The position numbers and the translations under genes were made by a program. The notes under the pieces are model-generated. The model searched no databases. It saw only the letters and a list, made by a program, of their open reading frames with translations, and was not told the DNA's origin. Below are positions 55,753-64,000 of a stretch of 64,000 bases of DNA, piece after piece (position 1 is the stretch's first letter; each line of letters opens with the position of its first letter). The DNA lies in contig CAMCRD010000001.1 of NCBI GenBank assembly GCA_945877185.1, positions 9,256 through 73,255 of the forward strand, written 5' to 3'. Source of the DNA: Candidatus Finniella inopinata. Lineage in GTDB: Bacteria; Pseudomonadota; Alphaproteobacteria; Paracaedibacterales; VGCI01.

Positions 55753-58407
55753 ATGAGCTTGTTAATGAAGAATATCAACAAAAGATGGTCATTCATTGCC
55801 AATCGTATTACCGCACTCAACCCCATATCATTAAATATATTGACAACAATAGAGCTTATCCCCTTTATGACACGCCTTGCCGGGGGTCTATGCTTGGCTC
55901 TTGGATTGATCGCTATTTTGGGGTGGTGTACGGATAATTATGTCCTCTATCAAATACGCCCAAATTCAATACCGCTCTATTTCAATACAGCCCTTAACTT
56001 TGTGTTCCTGGGATTAGGGTTGATCATCCTTGTGACCAGATATAAAAAGTGGGCAGCCCTATTAGGAATAGCCTCAATCATATTGCCTAGCTTTGTCTTG
56101 CTTCAATATATTTTTAATATTGATTTCGATATTGATAATTTCTTTTTCAAAACAGGTTTGAGCGACAATATTTCAGCCCCAGGGCGCATGAGTCCTAACT
56201 CTTCTATTTCTTTTCTGACTTGTGGGCTAGGGCTCATACTTCTTTCTTTTAAAAGGTTACCCCAAATCATTTATTATCTTATATTAATACTGGCAATTGG
56301 TGTTTTTGTCCTTGCTACCACTTCGTTGCTTGGCTACGCAGCAGATCTTTCAGCAGCTTATCATTGGGCAAAGCTAACGCCCATGGCGCCACATACCGCT
56401 ATGGGTTTTATGATCGCCAGTAGCGGAATGATTGCTTTTGTGTATTCAAAAGATGCCTTAAAAGAAATTAACCTTTCTTCAAAATCACCGTACCTAGCCG
56501 CCGTATCCGTATGTTGTTTAACGTCGCTTTTATGGAGTTCCTCCCTACACCAAGGGATGGAACGTCTAAATGAACTCGTATCATTAGAAGCAGATAAAAT
56601 TAAAGATGTTGTCATGAAAGTTATTGAGGAACGAGCTTCTGATATGGAAGAGCTTAAACTTCATTTAGAAGAGTTTCCAGAAATATCTGAAAAGTTATGG
56701 AAAAGTTCTGTTGATTTCTATAGGTCTAAGAGCCCATTTTTTAAAACCATAGAATGGGTTGATCCTTATTACACTGTTCAAGGATTTTCTCCGCTTGAAG
56801 GCAACGAAGCGCTATTAAAACATGCCCTTCCCAATTATTCTTTTCTTCAAAAGGATTTAGAAATTGCCAAAAATGAAAAGAAAATTAGGATCAGCAACAT
56901 TACGGACTTAAATCCTGGGGAACAAGGATTATTCATGATTGTTCCCCTTTTGAAGGGTGATACGTTTAAAGGATTTATTATCTCTGCTACAAACATTGAT
57001 GTTATGCTTCAGGAAGTCCTTAAGGAAGTTCAAACATCAAAGTTTGAAGTCGCTTTTTTTGAAGGAAACAACCACAGAAAGAGCTTCTTCAAATCATCTG
57101 GTGAGGCCTATAAAAATGTAAATTCTAAAAAAGAAATATATTTTTACAACTCACATTGGGTTATCAACGTTTGGCCATCAGCGGAGTTGTTTAATAGATA
57201 TAAATATACCCTTCTTTCAAAGTTAATTGTCATAACAGGGATCCTTTTAGCGCTCTTTTTGTTTTCTGCCATTCGGGCGCGCCAAATTATCAACCAACAA
57301 GCTTTAATACTTCAAAAGACCAAAAAGAACCTTAAGGTGCAACTTTTAGAATCAAGCCGACATGCAAAAGAACTTAAGCTTTTGAAAGATATGACAGATG
57401 CCCTACAAGTTAGTTCTTCATTAGAAGATGCAAGCGCCCCCCTTACGACATTCTGTGAAATGCTGCTTCCTGGTACCTCTGGGATATTATATCTTTCCAA
57501 TGATTCAGAAAAAAAAATCACCCAGTTTTCCTCTTGGGGAATGCGTCCCCCCAAAATGCACACTATTCCCTTCAATAATTGTATAGCTCTTCAAAAAGGC
57601 CTTCCGAACTATTTAAGTGGTGGTGGGTATGGAGAGCCATGTAAGCATGTGAAGAAAATCGACACCAAGAGTTCACGATCTATTGATTTATGTCTGCCAA
57701 TCATTGATCAAGGCAATATATCGGGGCTGCTCTCTATCCATGATTATCATAAATTATCACCTTCTGAAGCGGATCATAAAAAAACCCTTTTATTTCTCGA
57801 AACACTGGCAAATCAGTTATCTCTTTCTATTTCAGGCATCAAAATGCGAGATCGCTTAAAGGATCAAGCAACGCGGGACCCTCTCACCAACCTGTTTAAT
57901 AGGCGCTATCTTGAAGAGACATTGCAACGTGAACTTCATCGGGCCCAACGTCATTCGACGCCTGTCTCAATTATCATGGTTGATATTGATCATTTTAAGA
58001 ATATTAATGACACTTATGGCCATGAGGGGGGCGATGAAGCTCTGACAAAAATTGCATTACTTCTTCAAAAATATTATCGTAAAAGTGATGCGGCTTGCCG
58101 TTTTGGGGGCGAGGAGTTTATCCTTGTTCTACCGGAAATGAGCTTGGGCATTGCCACCCAAAGAGCAGAACAAATACGAGCTGCTGCAGAATCTCTTCGC
58201 TTATCTTATCGCGGCAAAAATATGAATGGCTTGACTATTTCTTTGGGTGTAGCCACTTATCCGCAGCACGGGAACTCAATGCAAGCATTGATTTCAGCAG
58301 CAGACAAAGCGCTCTATCGAGCCAAAAATTTAGGGCGCAATCGGGTAGAGATCGCTAAAAGAGATCCTTCAAAGCCAAATGTCCCTTCGCTTGAGGTCGT
58401 CGTTTAG
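55753..58407 (+). CDS. multidomain membrane diguanylate cyclase (polytopic N-terminal sensor, extracytoplasmic region, GAF-like, GGDEF)
   Basis: The C-terminal GGDEF domain has RFGGEEF and an RKSD (RxxD I-site) five residues upstream. A GAF-like block lies upstream (…LCLPIIDQGNISGLLSIH…). There are about 8 predicted TM segments in the first 270 aa plus one at ~aa 510-530. The start is uncertain (TTG 55678, GTG 55747, ATG 55753). Confidence 0.85.
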   Translation: MSLLMKNINKRWSFIANRITALNPISLNILTTIELIPFMTRLAGGLCLALGLIAILGWCTDNYVLYQIRPNSIPLYFNTALNFVFLGLGLIILVTRYKKWAALLGIASIILPSFVLLQYIFNIDFDIDNFFFKTGLSDNISAPGRMSPNSSISFLTCGLGLILLSFKRLPQIIYYLILILAIGVFVLATTSLLGYAADLSAAYHWAKLTPMAPHTAMGFMIASSGMIAFVYSKDALKEINLSSKSPYLAAVSVCCLTSLLWSSSLHQGMERLNELVSLEADKIKDVVMKVIEERASDMEELKLHLEEFPEISEKLWKSSVDFYRSKSPFFKTIEWVDPYYTVQGFSPLEGNEALLKHALPNYSFLQKDLEIAKNEKKIRISNITDLNPGEQGLFMIVPLLKGDTFKGFIISATNIDVMLQEVLKEVQTSKFEVAFFEGNNHRKSFFKSSGEAYKNVNSKKEIYFYNSHWVINVWPSAELFNRYKYTLLSKLIVITGILLALFLFSAIRARQIINQQALILQKTKKNLKVQLLESSRHAKELKLLKDMTDALQVSSSLEDASAPLTTFCEMLLPGTSGILYLSNDSEKKITQFSSWGMRPPKMHTIPFNNCIALQKGLPNYLSGGGYGEPCKHVKKIDTKSSRSIDLCLPIIDQGNISGLLSIHDYHKLSPSEADHKKTLLFLETLANQLSLSISGIKMRDRLKDQATRDPLTNLFNRRYLEETLQRELHRAQRHSTPVSIIMVDIDHFKNINDTYGHEGGDEALTKIALLLQKYYRKSDAACRFGGEEFILVLPEMSLGIATQRAEQIRAAAESLRLSYRGKNMNGLTISLGVATYPQHGNSMQALISAADKALYRAKNLGRNRVEIAKRDPSKPNVPSLEVVV

Positions 58408-58573
58408 GGAGAGGTGGCTGCTTTCAAATAAGAACTTTTACTTTTCTTCATCCAGATTAAAATTTCTACTTCAGGGTTCATCTGGAATTGCACCCCTTTG
58501 CAATCCTTCTCTTCCCTTCTTATAGGGAATCCTGTACAATGCCCCAGTGTTTACCAATAGAATCGAGATTATT

Positions 58574-59431
58574 ATGTTTGGATCCAGAAATCACCAGCAT
58601 CACCACCACCCCCATGAGGGGCCTTGCAACCATGACCATGGTGATGAGGATGAGGGGGACGATATCATCATTCATGGGGCTGAGGGTTTCGAGGGAATGC
58701 GTAAAGCCGGTAAGCTTGCTGCACAAACTCTGGACTTTATTGCCCCTCATGTGAAGGTTGGGGTCACAACTGATGAGTTGAACCAACTGTGCCATCAATT
58801 TATTATTGACCATGGCGCGATTCCAGCACCCTTGGGCTATGTCGGTTCTCCCCGGGTTATGCCCTTCCCAAAGTCGATTTGTACATCCCTCAACCATGTC
58901 GTTTGCCATGGCATTCCTGGCGATAGAAAACTTTTGGATGGGGACATTATGAACATTGATGTCACCGTGATTTTGGATGGATGGCATGGGGATACCAGCC
59001 GCATGTTCTCCGTTGGAAAAGTTGGCGTGCGGGCTGCAAAGCTCATTGATACCACTTACGAAGCGATGATGCGGGGTATTGAGATTGTGCGTCCAGGGGC
59101 AACCTTGGGGGACATTGGCCATACGATTCAAACTTTCGTCGAAAAGCAGGGGTTCTCTGTTGTGCGGGATTTCTGCGGTCATGGCTTAGGCCAAACATTT
59201 CATACGGCGCCCAGCGTTGTTCACTATGGAAAACCAGGTCATGGATTGGTTCTGAAAGAGGGGATGTTCTTTACTATTGAGCCGATGGTCAATGCGGGTC
59301 GCTATGAGGTTAAAATCCTTCCCGATGGTTGGACGGCTGTAACACGAGATAAATCATTATCGGCACAATTTGAACATTCCATAGGGGTGACAACCAATGG
59401 TTATGAAATCTTCACGCTCTCAGGCGCATAA
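58574..59431 (+). CDS. map: type I methionine aminopeptidase with a His/Asp-rich N-terminal extension
   Basis: VVCHGIPGD, DIMNIDVTVILDGWHGDTSRMF, FCGHGLG, and FTIEPM..EHSIGVT metal ligand pattern. The N-terminal ~30 aa are MFGSRNHQHHHHPHEGPCNHDHGDEDEGDD. Confidence 0.9.
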   Translation: MFGSRNHQHHHHPHEGPCNHDHGDEDEGDDIIIHGAEGFEGMRKAGKLAAQTLDFIAPHVKVGVTTDELNQLCHQFIIDHGAIPAPLGYVGSPRVMPFPKSICTSLNHVVCHGIPGDRKLLDGDIMNIDVTVILDGWHGDTSRMFSVGKVGVRAAKLIDTTYEAMMRGIEIVRPGATLGDIGHTIQTFVEKQGFSVVRDFCGHGLGQTFHTAPSVVHYGKPGHGLVLKEGMFFTIEPMVNAGRYEVKILPDGWTAVTRDKSLSAQFEHSIGVTTNGYEIFTLSGA

Positions 59432-60101
59432 GCCGTCTCATCTTGGGCATCGGGCACGTTTGCGCGAAAGATTTTCCCAAGCACAAGGCATTGGACTTGC
59501 CGATTATGAATTGCTCGAGTTGCTCTTGTTTCTTGCCATCCCCCGGGGAGATACGAAACCTATCGCCAAATCCTTGCTTCAGAAATTTGGGTCCCTCGCA
59601 GCGCTTTTAAAAGCCGAACAAGGACTTATCTTAGAAACCCCCGGCGTTGGGCTGGGAGTGTTGCATGTTATTCAGCTCATGCAAGCCTTTATGGCTAAGG
59701 TTCTGCAACAAGAAATGATGAGCAAGCCAATCCTGGCCAGCTATCAAAGTGTACTTGATTATTGCCATGCCACCATGGCTTATGATCAGCGGGAAACTGT
59801 GCGCCTGTTGTTTTTGGATCGAAAAAATCAAGTCATTGCCGACGAAGTTCAGCAAACAGGGACTGTAGACCATACCCCGCTTTATCCGCGGGAAGTGGTA
59901 AAACGCGCGCTTGATCTGGGGGCTTCTGCGCTGATTATTATCCACAACCACCCTTCCGGTGATCCAACTCCCTCACGGGGCGATATTGAAACGACCTTAA
60001 AGGTTCAGCAAGCCGCAAGTTCCCTTGGTATTGAAATCCATGATCACCTGATCATCGGCAAAGGGCGGCATAGTTCCCTGAAGTCTATGGGATTGATGTG
60101 A
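59397..60101 (+). CDS. radC: RadC-family JAB/MPN domain protein
   Basis: GHRARLRERF, DYELLELLLF, and JAMM motif HNHPSGDPTPS. It overlaps the map 3' end by ~30 nt, and an ATG at 59403 is an alternative start. Confidence 0.8.
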   Translation: MVMKSSRSQAHKPSHLGHRARLRERFSQAQGIGLADYELLELLLFLAIPRGDTKPIAKSLLQKFGSLAALLKAEQGLILETPGVGLGVLHVIQLMQAFMAKVLQQEMMSKPILASYQSVLDYCHATMAYDQRETVRLLFLDRKNQVIADEVQQTGTVDHTPLYPREVVKRALDLGASALIIIHNHPSGDPTPSRGDIETTLKVQQAASSLGIEIHDHLIIGKGRHSSLKSMGLM

Positions 60102-60152
60102 GAGCTTTTTGATGATCCTTAGATTTTGATTTTACACCACGACGCATAAAAT

Positions 60153-60605
60153 CTACTTGCCAGGAATATCAATACACTTTTCAAGTTCATCTAGATTAAA
60201 ACTAACCACATCTTTCGTAAATTCTTTCGAAACTTTAGGCCCTATATGATGATTTGTATTGATAATATGGTGCCGAATAAGGCCGAGCATTTTTAAAGGA
60301 GCAAGCATATAGAGCTCATCAAATTTCTTATTTAGGTGAGCCTCGTTGAGAAGAGTAACAATTTCTTTAGCAAAATAATCCTTTTGCTGTTCATGTCCGT
60401 CCGTCTGAGGTCCAGAGGCATGACGGGTTGTCCTTGAGCTTTCCAACCCACGTCCGGGCTGGACGGATCCATGCTCGTGTGTTGCCCCGTGGGAATGGGT
60501 TAAATTATGGATTTCTAGCAACCCGCCCCGGGTGCCAATTTTTTCAACAATCCGTGCATTTTCCGTATCGGCAACGAGTATCCAAACGATCTTTTGCTGC
60601 ATCAC
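60153..60605 (-). CDS. host-attachment-protein-family-like protein
   Basis: 150 aa. The pattern W.LVAD...ARI…PGRG….H…….FAKEI..LL……FDELYMLAPLKMLGLIRHHI…KD matches my recollection of the alphaproteobacterial 'host attachment protein' family. Not verified by any search. Confidence 0.6.
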   Translation of the reverse strand: MMQQKIVWILVADTENARIVEKIGTRGGLLEIHNLTHSHGATHEHGSVQPGRGLESSRTTRHASGPQTDGHEQQKDYFAKEIVTLLNEAHLNKKFDELYMLAPLKMLGLIRHHIINTNHHIGPKVSKEFTKDVVSFNLDELEKCIDIPGK

Positions 60606-60777
60606 GCTCTCCTTTTCCTTTAATATGCAGGATAATGGTTAAATAATTATGAAATCTAAAAGATAAAAAATAAGATTTTTTCCATATCGAAAAAAAGTAT
60701 TATAATAGATTGAAATTTCTCAAATCATCCCCATATGAATTTAGTAATTAATTAGCGACTTTAAAAAGGCAATAAAA

Positions 60778-61776
60778 ATGAAATTTAAAATAACGACTGC
60801 TGTTTTGGCATTAACAATAACGCTTACAACGCAAAATGCGTTTACGGCGGAACAAGTGTATAGGGATACCACATGGCCAGCCCTGGGGCACTTTCAAGAG
60901 GACGCATCGCTTATTAACGAATGCCTGAATCACGTCTCTTCAGCCGAGCTTCACTTTTATTGGACAACAGGACGGGATATAAGCCTTCAAAACCCTGAAT
61001 ATGGGGAAAATCTGACTGTTGATGTCGGAGGCGCCGAGTATGGTCAAAAGTTTCCCTGTTATGTAGGAGAGCTGTTGAGATATTTGCCAGACAAGCTTAA
61101 AGTAAAATTCACTTGTGATACAATGACATATAATTCCAATGAAGTATGGATTTCTTCTCTTATACAGATGTACGGCGAACGATTTGAGTGTTTGGGTGTT
61201 GATAATGTTCATGCAACGCTCTCAAAAAAGCTTCCAGATCAACAACCCATCATTAACAGTATTTGTAAAAATGCAACTGGCGGGAACCCTGCTATTCCAA
61301 GTGACGGATACCGGGTATATGGCATGCCTCTGGGGCGTGACCTCCCGCTAGAACTAATCTTACAAACCCAGTATACGTATTGCGATATTGATGCTTTCTG
61401 CTTTGGAATGGAGTCCTCTGAGGGGCATACAGACCTTATCAAAGCCCTATTTTCTGAACCGATATTAAAGAAGCCTAAGCAATCAAGCCTAGGAGCGGCC
61501 TTTACCCAGTTTGATCCAACCACCACTTTTTACCTGGGCAGAAGAAAAGAATGGGAGGGAAAGGGTAACGATTTGATAAAATTAAGAATTATAAATCTGG
61601 AAGATTATACAAGATTTTGTGAGCGTGTTTTAATAAAAATGAGTGAGCTAAATTCTAAAAAGAAACTAGAATTACTAAGCGATCATGGTGTCTTGACTTA
61701 TTTCTCAGAACTTCATGCTTATATAAAAGGATGTGAAGAGGATCCAGAGGGGGCATTTGGAAAGTATCTTGCTTAA
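60778..61776 (+). CDS. secreted hypothetical protein (AT-rich), possibly the N-terminal part of a gene interrupted by a stop
   Basis: MKFKITTAVLALTITLTTQNAFTA (signal peptide). Cys-rich, with no recognisable family. It ends at TAA 61774..61776, and the same frame reopens immediately. Confidence 0.55.
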   Translation: MKFKITTAVLALTITLTTQNAFTAEQVYRDTTWPALGHFQEDASLINECLNHVSSAELHFYWTTGRDISLQNPEYGENLTVDVGGAEYGQKFPCYVGELLRYLPDKLKVKFTCDTMTYNSNEVWISSLIQMYGERFECLGVDNVHATLSKKLPDQQPIINSICKNATGGNPAIPSDGYRVYGMPLGRDLPLELILQTQYTYCDIDAFCFGMESSEGHTDLIKALFSEPILKKPKQSSLGAAFTQFDPTTTFYLGRRKEWEGKGNDLIKLRIINLEDYTRFCERVLIKMSELNSKKKLELLSDHGVLTYFSELHAYIKGCEEDPEGAFGKYLA

Positions 61777-61815
61777 TTCTCAAAAAACGCCTTTCGGGTA
61801 GACGATATTATCCAT

Positions 61816-62373
61816 GTGACAGGTCCTGGACTTCTTGATCAATTTGATGAGCAGTGTTTGCCCCTTGATCAAGGATATCCAAGGACAAGTGCATGGGAAT
61901 GGCATGGTACTCAACTGATAGGCCAAGGGGAAGGACCTTTAGAATTAATAGACTACGAAGATTCAGGGAGCTTTGACGCTATCTCTCCGGAATACATTGC
62001 TAATCGAGTTAAGAGAGAATTTGGGCAATATGCCTTGAGGGTATCAGATGCTTTTTTTGCCAAAAGGTTTGGTGAGAATCATCCTTTTAATGTGAAGATG
62101 GTTGATTATTTACGGACCCATTCCCCCTATGCCTCAGAGCTCTTCAAATCCCTTATGAAGAAGGCATACAGCTACCAAAAAGAAACAGTGCGTAATTTCT
62201 CAAGTTCTGAGGAAAATTGGTTGGATTCGCAGCTCACTCTCCTGACAAAACGTCCTCATATAGAAGTCGAGGTGAGTAAGGATGATCCCTATTATGTAAG
62301 GCTTAATTATATCCTAGAACAGCTTGGCATCGACATTCCCTTGACCCGCGAGACGATTGATTTTCGGGTTTAG
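61816..62373 (+). CDS. hypothetical protein (same frame as the preceding ORF; only a GTG start, no obvious RBS)
   Basis: 185-aa ORF. No ATG and no Shine-Dalgarno-like sequence upstream. The 13 codons between 61777 and 61815 are stop-free in the same frame. Confidence 0.4.
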   Translation: MTGPGLLDQFDEQCLPLDQGYPRTSAWEWHGTQLIGQGEGPLELIDYEDSGSFDAISPEYIANRVKREFGQYALRVSDAFFAKRFGENHPFNVKMVDYLRTHSPYASELFKSLMKKAYSYQKETVRNFSSSEENWLDSQLTLLTKRPHIEVEVSKDDPYYVRLNYILEQLGIDIPLTRETIDFRV

Positions 62374-62479
62374 GGCGATTATTGTATCACCTCTATTATT
62401 TATAGAATCTTTTTGCGATTAACGTTTATTTAAATATTAAAGATTTATAATAGATAGTTATCAAAAAAAGGAGAGTTAA

Positions 62480-62961
62480 ATGAACTTAAAACATCTATTG
62501 CCCCAATTAGGAATTGCAAAACGCCTATCTGGAAAGCGTGATCCATTCAATCAATTCAAGCGTGAGCTTAATGGCCTTATCGACCGCGCCCTGACAGGGT
62601 ATTCTATCCCTGAAATTGGCCATGGTGACTTAAACATTGATATTTATGACAAGGGAAAAGAGTTGGAAGTTAAAGTAGAGGTTCCTGGTGTTTCTGAACA
62701 GGACATTCATGTAACTGTTCAAGAAAACAACCTGATCATTACCGGGGAAAAAAAGGAAGAAAGCCTACAAGAGAAAAACAACTACTCTATATGTCAGAAA
62801 GAATCTATGGAAGCTTTATGCGCTCCATTCCCCTTCCTTTTAGAGTTAAAGGCGACAAAGTTGAAGCTGAGTTGGACCAGGGTGTATTAACCATTCGAGT
62901 TCCAAAGCCAAAAGAGGTTCAAAGCGCTTCCCAGGCAATCAAAATTAATAAAAAGAAGTAA
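62480..62961 (+). pseudogene. Hsp20/alpha-crystallin small heat-shock protein with a 1-nt frameshift
   Basis: Strong RBS (aaggagag). The first frame gives DLNIDIYDKGKELEVKVEVPGVSEQDIHVTVQENNLIITGEKKEE. The canonical continuation MSERIYGSFMRSIPLPFRVKGDKVEAELDQGVLTIRVPKPKEV…* lies in another frame that ends at 62961, and a good terminator follows. The shift lies between ~62748 and ~62797. A sequencing error is possible. Confidence 0.7.
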
Positions 62962-62979
62962 TATCAATAAATTAATTGA

Positions 62980-63016
62980 GTTCTGCCCCCTATTTCCGAA
63001 GGGGACAGAACTTTTT
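62980..63016 (+). terminator. rho-independent terminator downstream of hsp20
   Basis: The stem gttctgcccc…ggggacagaac (one bulged A) is followed by ttttt. Confidence 0.7.
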
Positions 63017-63134
63017 AAATCCCCCTTTGGGTTATGTAGGGCTAATAAATATCCTACAAAATTCAAATAGGCTAGCACTTATTAAAATTTTATCGTACAG
63101 TTTTTGTATAGACCATAAACTGTGGAGGATTACC

Positions 63135-63542
63135 TTGGATATTTCCCTTTTTCTATCAAAAGCTCTTGGCCTTTATCTTGTGATTGTTAGTGTTGGCATG
63201 CTTATTAATGCGTGTACCCTTAGACCTATCTTAGAGGAGGTTTTAAAAAGCTCAGGCCTTATGTTTATTATTGGTGTCATCGCCATGATTATAGGTGTTC
63301 TCATTGTCATCAGCCATAATGTTTGGACATTAGATTGGCGCGTTATCATCACGATCATGGGTTGGGCCAGCCTTATTAAGGGCACAATGCGCGTTGTTAT
63401 TCCGCAATACGTTGATGTTCTTGGTAATAAGTGGATGCTCAGCAGCGCGAGTTATTATACGACGTTTGTTTTATCGTTTTTGCTCGGTGTTCTCTTGTGT
63501 TATTTAGGGGCTGTACATAATACGGTTTTGGACCTTCCTTAA
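63135..63542 (+). CDS. small integral membrane protein (about four TM segments)
   Basis: The TTG at 63135 lies 7 nt after GGAGGA. The product LDISLFLSKALGLYLVIVSVGML… is hydrophobic throughout. The ORF-track start at 62976 would span the hsp20 terminator and is rejected. Confidence 0.55.
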   Translation: MDISLFLSKALGLYLVIVSVGMLINACTLRPILEEVLKSSGLMFIIGVIAMIIGVLIVISHNVWTLDWRVIITIMGWASLIKGTMRVVIPQYVDVLGNKWMLSSASYYTTFVLSFLLGVLLCYLGAVHNTVLDLP

Positions 63543-63635
63543 AAAAACAGACCTTTTAGCCTTTGTCCCCTTTGCTTGCAAATTTTGATTGTGAGCAAGG
63601 GGTATAACACTTAAGTTAAGGGTAAAGGAGATCCT

Positions 63636-64000
63636 ATGACGATTAAAGCGACCCCCCCTATGGTTACGACCCTACCTAATGGCTTGCGTGTTGTTACAGA
63701 TTCTATCCCCCATGTTGAAACAGTGACGTGTGGATTATGGGTTGATGTGGGCGCCCGCCACGAACCTGCCAACATCAATGGTATTTCCCATGTTCTTGAG
63801 CACATGGCCTTCAAGGGAACAACCCGGCGGTCAGCCCTTCAAATTGCAGAAGAGATTGAAGCCGTCGGGGGATACTTAAATGCCTATACGTCACGAGAAG
63901 CCACGGCCTATCATTCCCGCATTTTAAAAGATAATTTGCCTTTGGCCATTGATATTTTAGCTGATATTTTGCAGAACTCTACGTTTGATGCAACTGAATT
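63636..64000 (+). CDS. M16 (pitrilysin) family zinc peptidase, 5' part (runs off the window)
   Basis: The ATG at 63636 follows aaaggag. MTIKATPPMVTTLPNGLRVVTD…GISHVLEHMAFKGT (inverted zinc motif HxxEH). No stop before the window end. Confidence 0.85.
   Translation, partial: MTIKATPPMVTTLPNGLRVVTDSIPHVETVTCGLWVDVGARHEPANINGISHVLEHMAFKGTTRRSALQIAEEIEAVGGYLNAYTSREATAYHSRILKDNLPLAIDILADILQNSTFDATE

Noticed and set aside
58520-59182. 220-aa ORF antisense to map
   Set aside because: It lies fully inside the well-supported methionine aminopeptidase gene on the opposite strand and has no recognisable motif.
62976-63134. N-terminal 53 codons of ORF 62976..63542
   Set aside because: This stretch spans the hsp20 rho-independent terminator. 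An in-frame TTG at 63135 with a GGAGGA RBS gives a coherent membrane protein.

Overview
The window looks like a chromosomal segment of an alphaproteobacterium. Evidence is an unmistakable CtrA orthologue and conserved runs such as secG-pyrG-kdsA-eno-ftsB, lgt-midA, pheS-pheT-lepA and lptF-lptG-lptD. About 45 housekeeping genes fill most of it, covering translation, LPS transport, haem synthesis, glycolysis and proline/valine catabolism. Between them sit visibly AT-richer accessory genes that mostly encode signal-peptide or lipoprotein products with no recognisable family. One of these combines Sel1 repeats, an F-box-like motif and RNI-type leucine-rich repeats. This makes a protist- or host-associated lifestyle plausible, but that is inference only.

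The most unusual structure is a 122-bp orphan copy of the putA 3' end (24146..24267). Together with the real putA terminus (27302..27423) it brackets a ~3.1-kb AT-rich islet that carries the F-box/Sel1/LRR gene, a LuxR-HTH remnant and a secreted GNAT.

Other notable points:
- Two copies of one palindromic MITE-like element, plus a different 175-bp nested palindrome with perfect 28-bp termini.
- Two adjacent lipoproteins sharing an unassigned C-terminal domain.
- Coding tandem repeats in a DEAD-box helicase tail, a secreted protein and a lipoprotein.
- Several apparent gene-decay events: a frameshifted MFS transporter, a frameshifted hsp20, a gene pair separated by a single in-frame stop, and the putA and LuxR remnants.

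I found no rRNA, tRNA, CRISPR array, transposase or integrase. All family assignments come from motifs read in the supplied translations. No database search was run.
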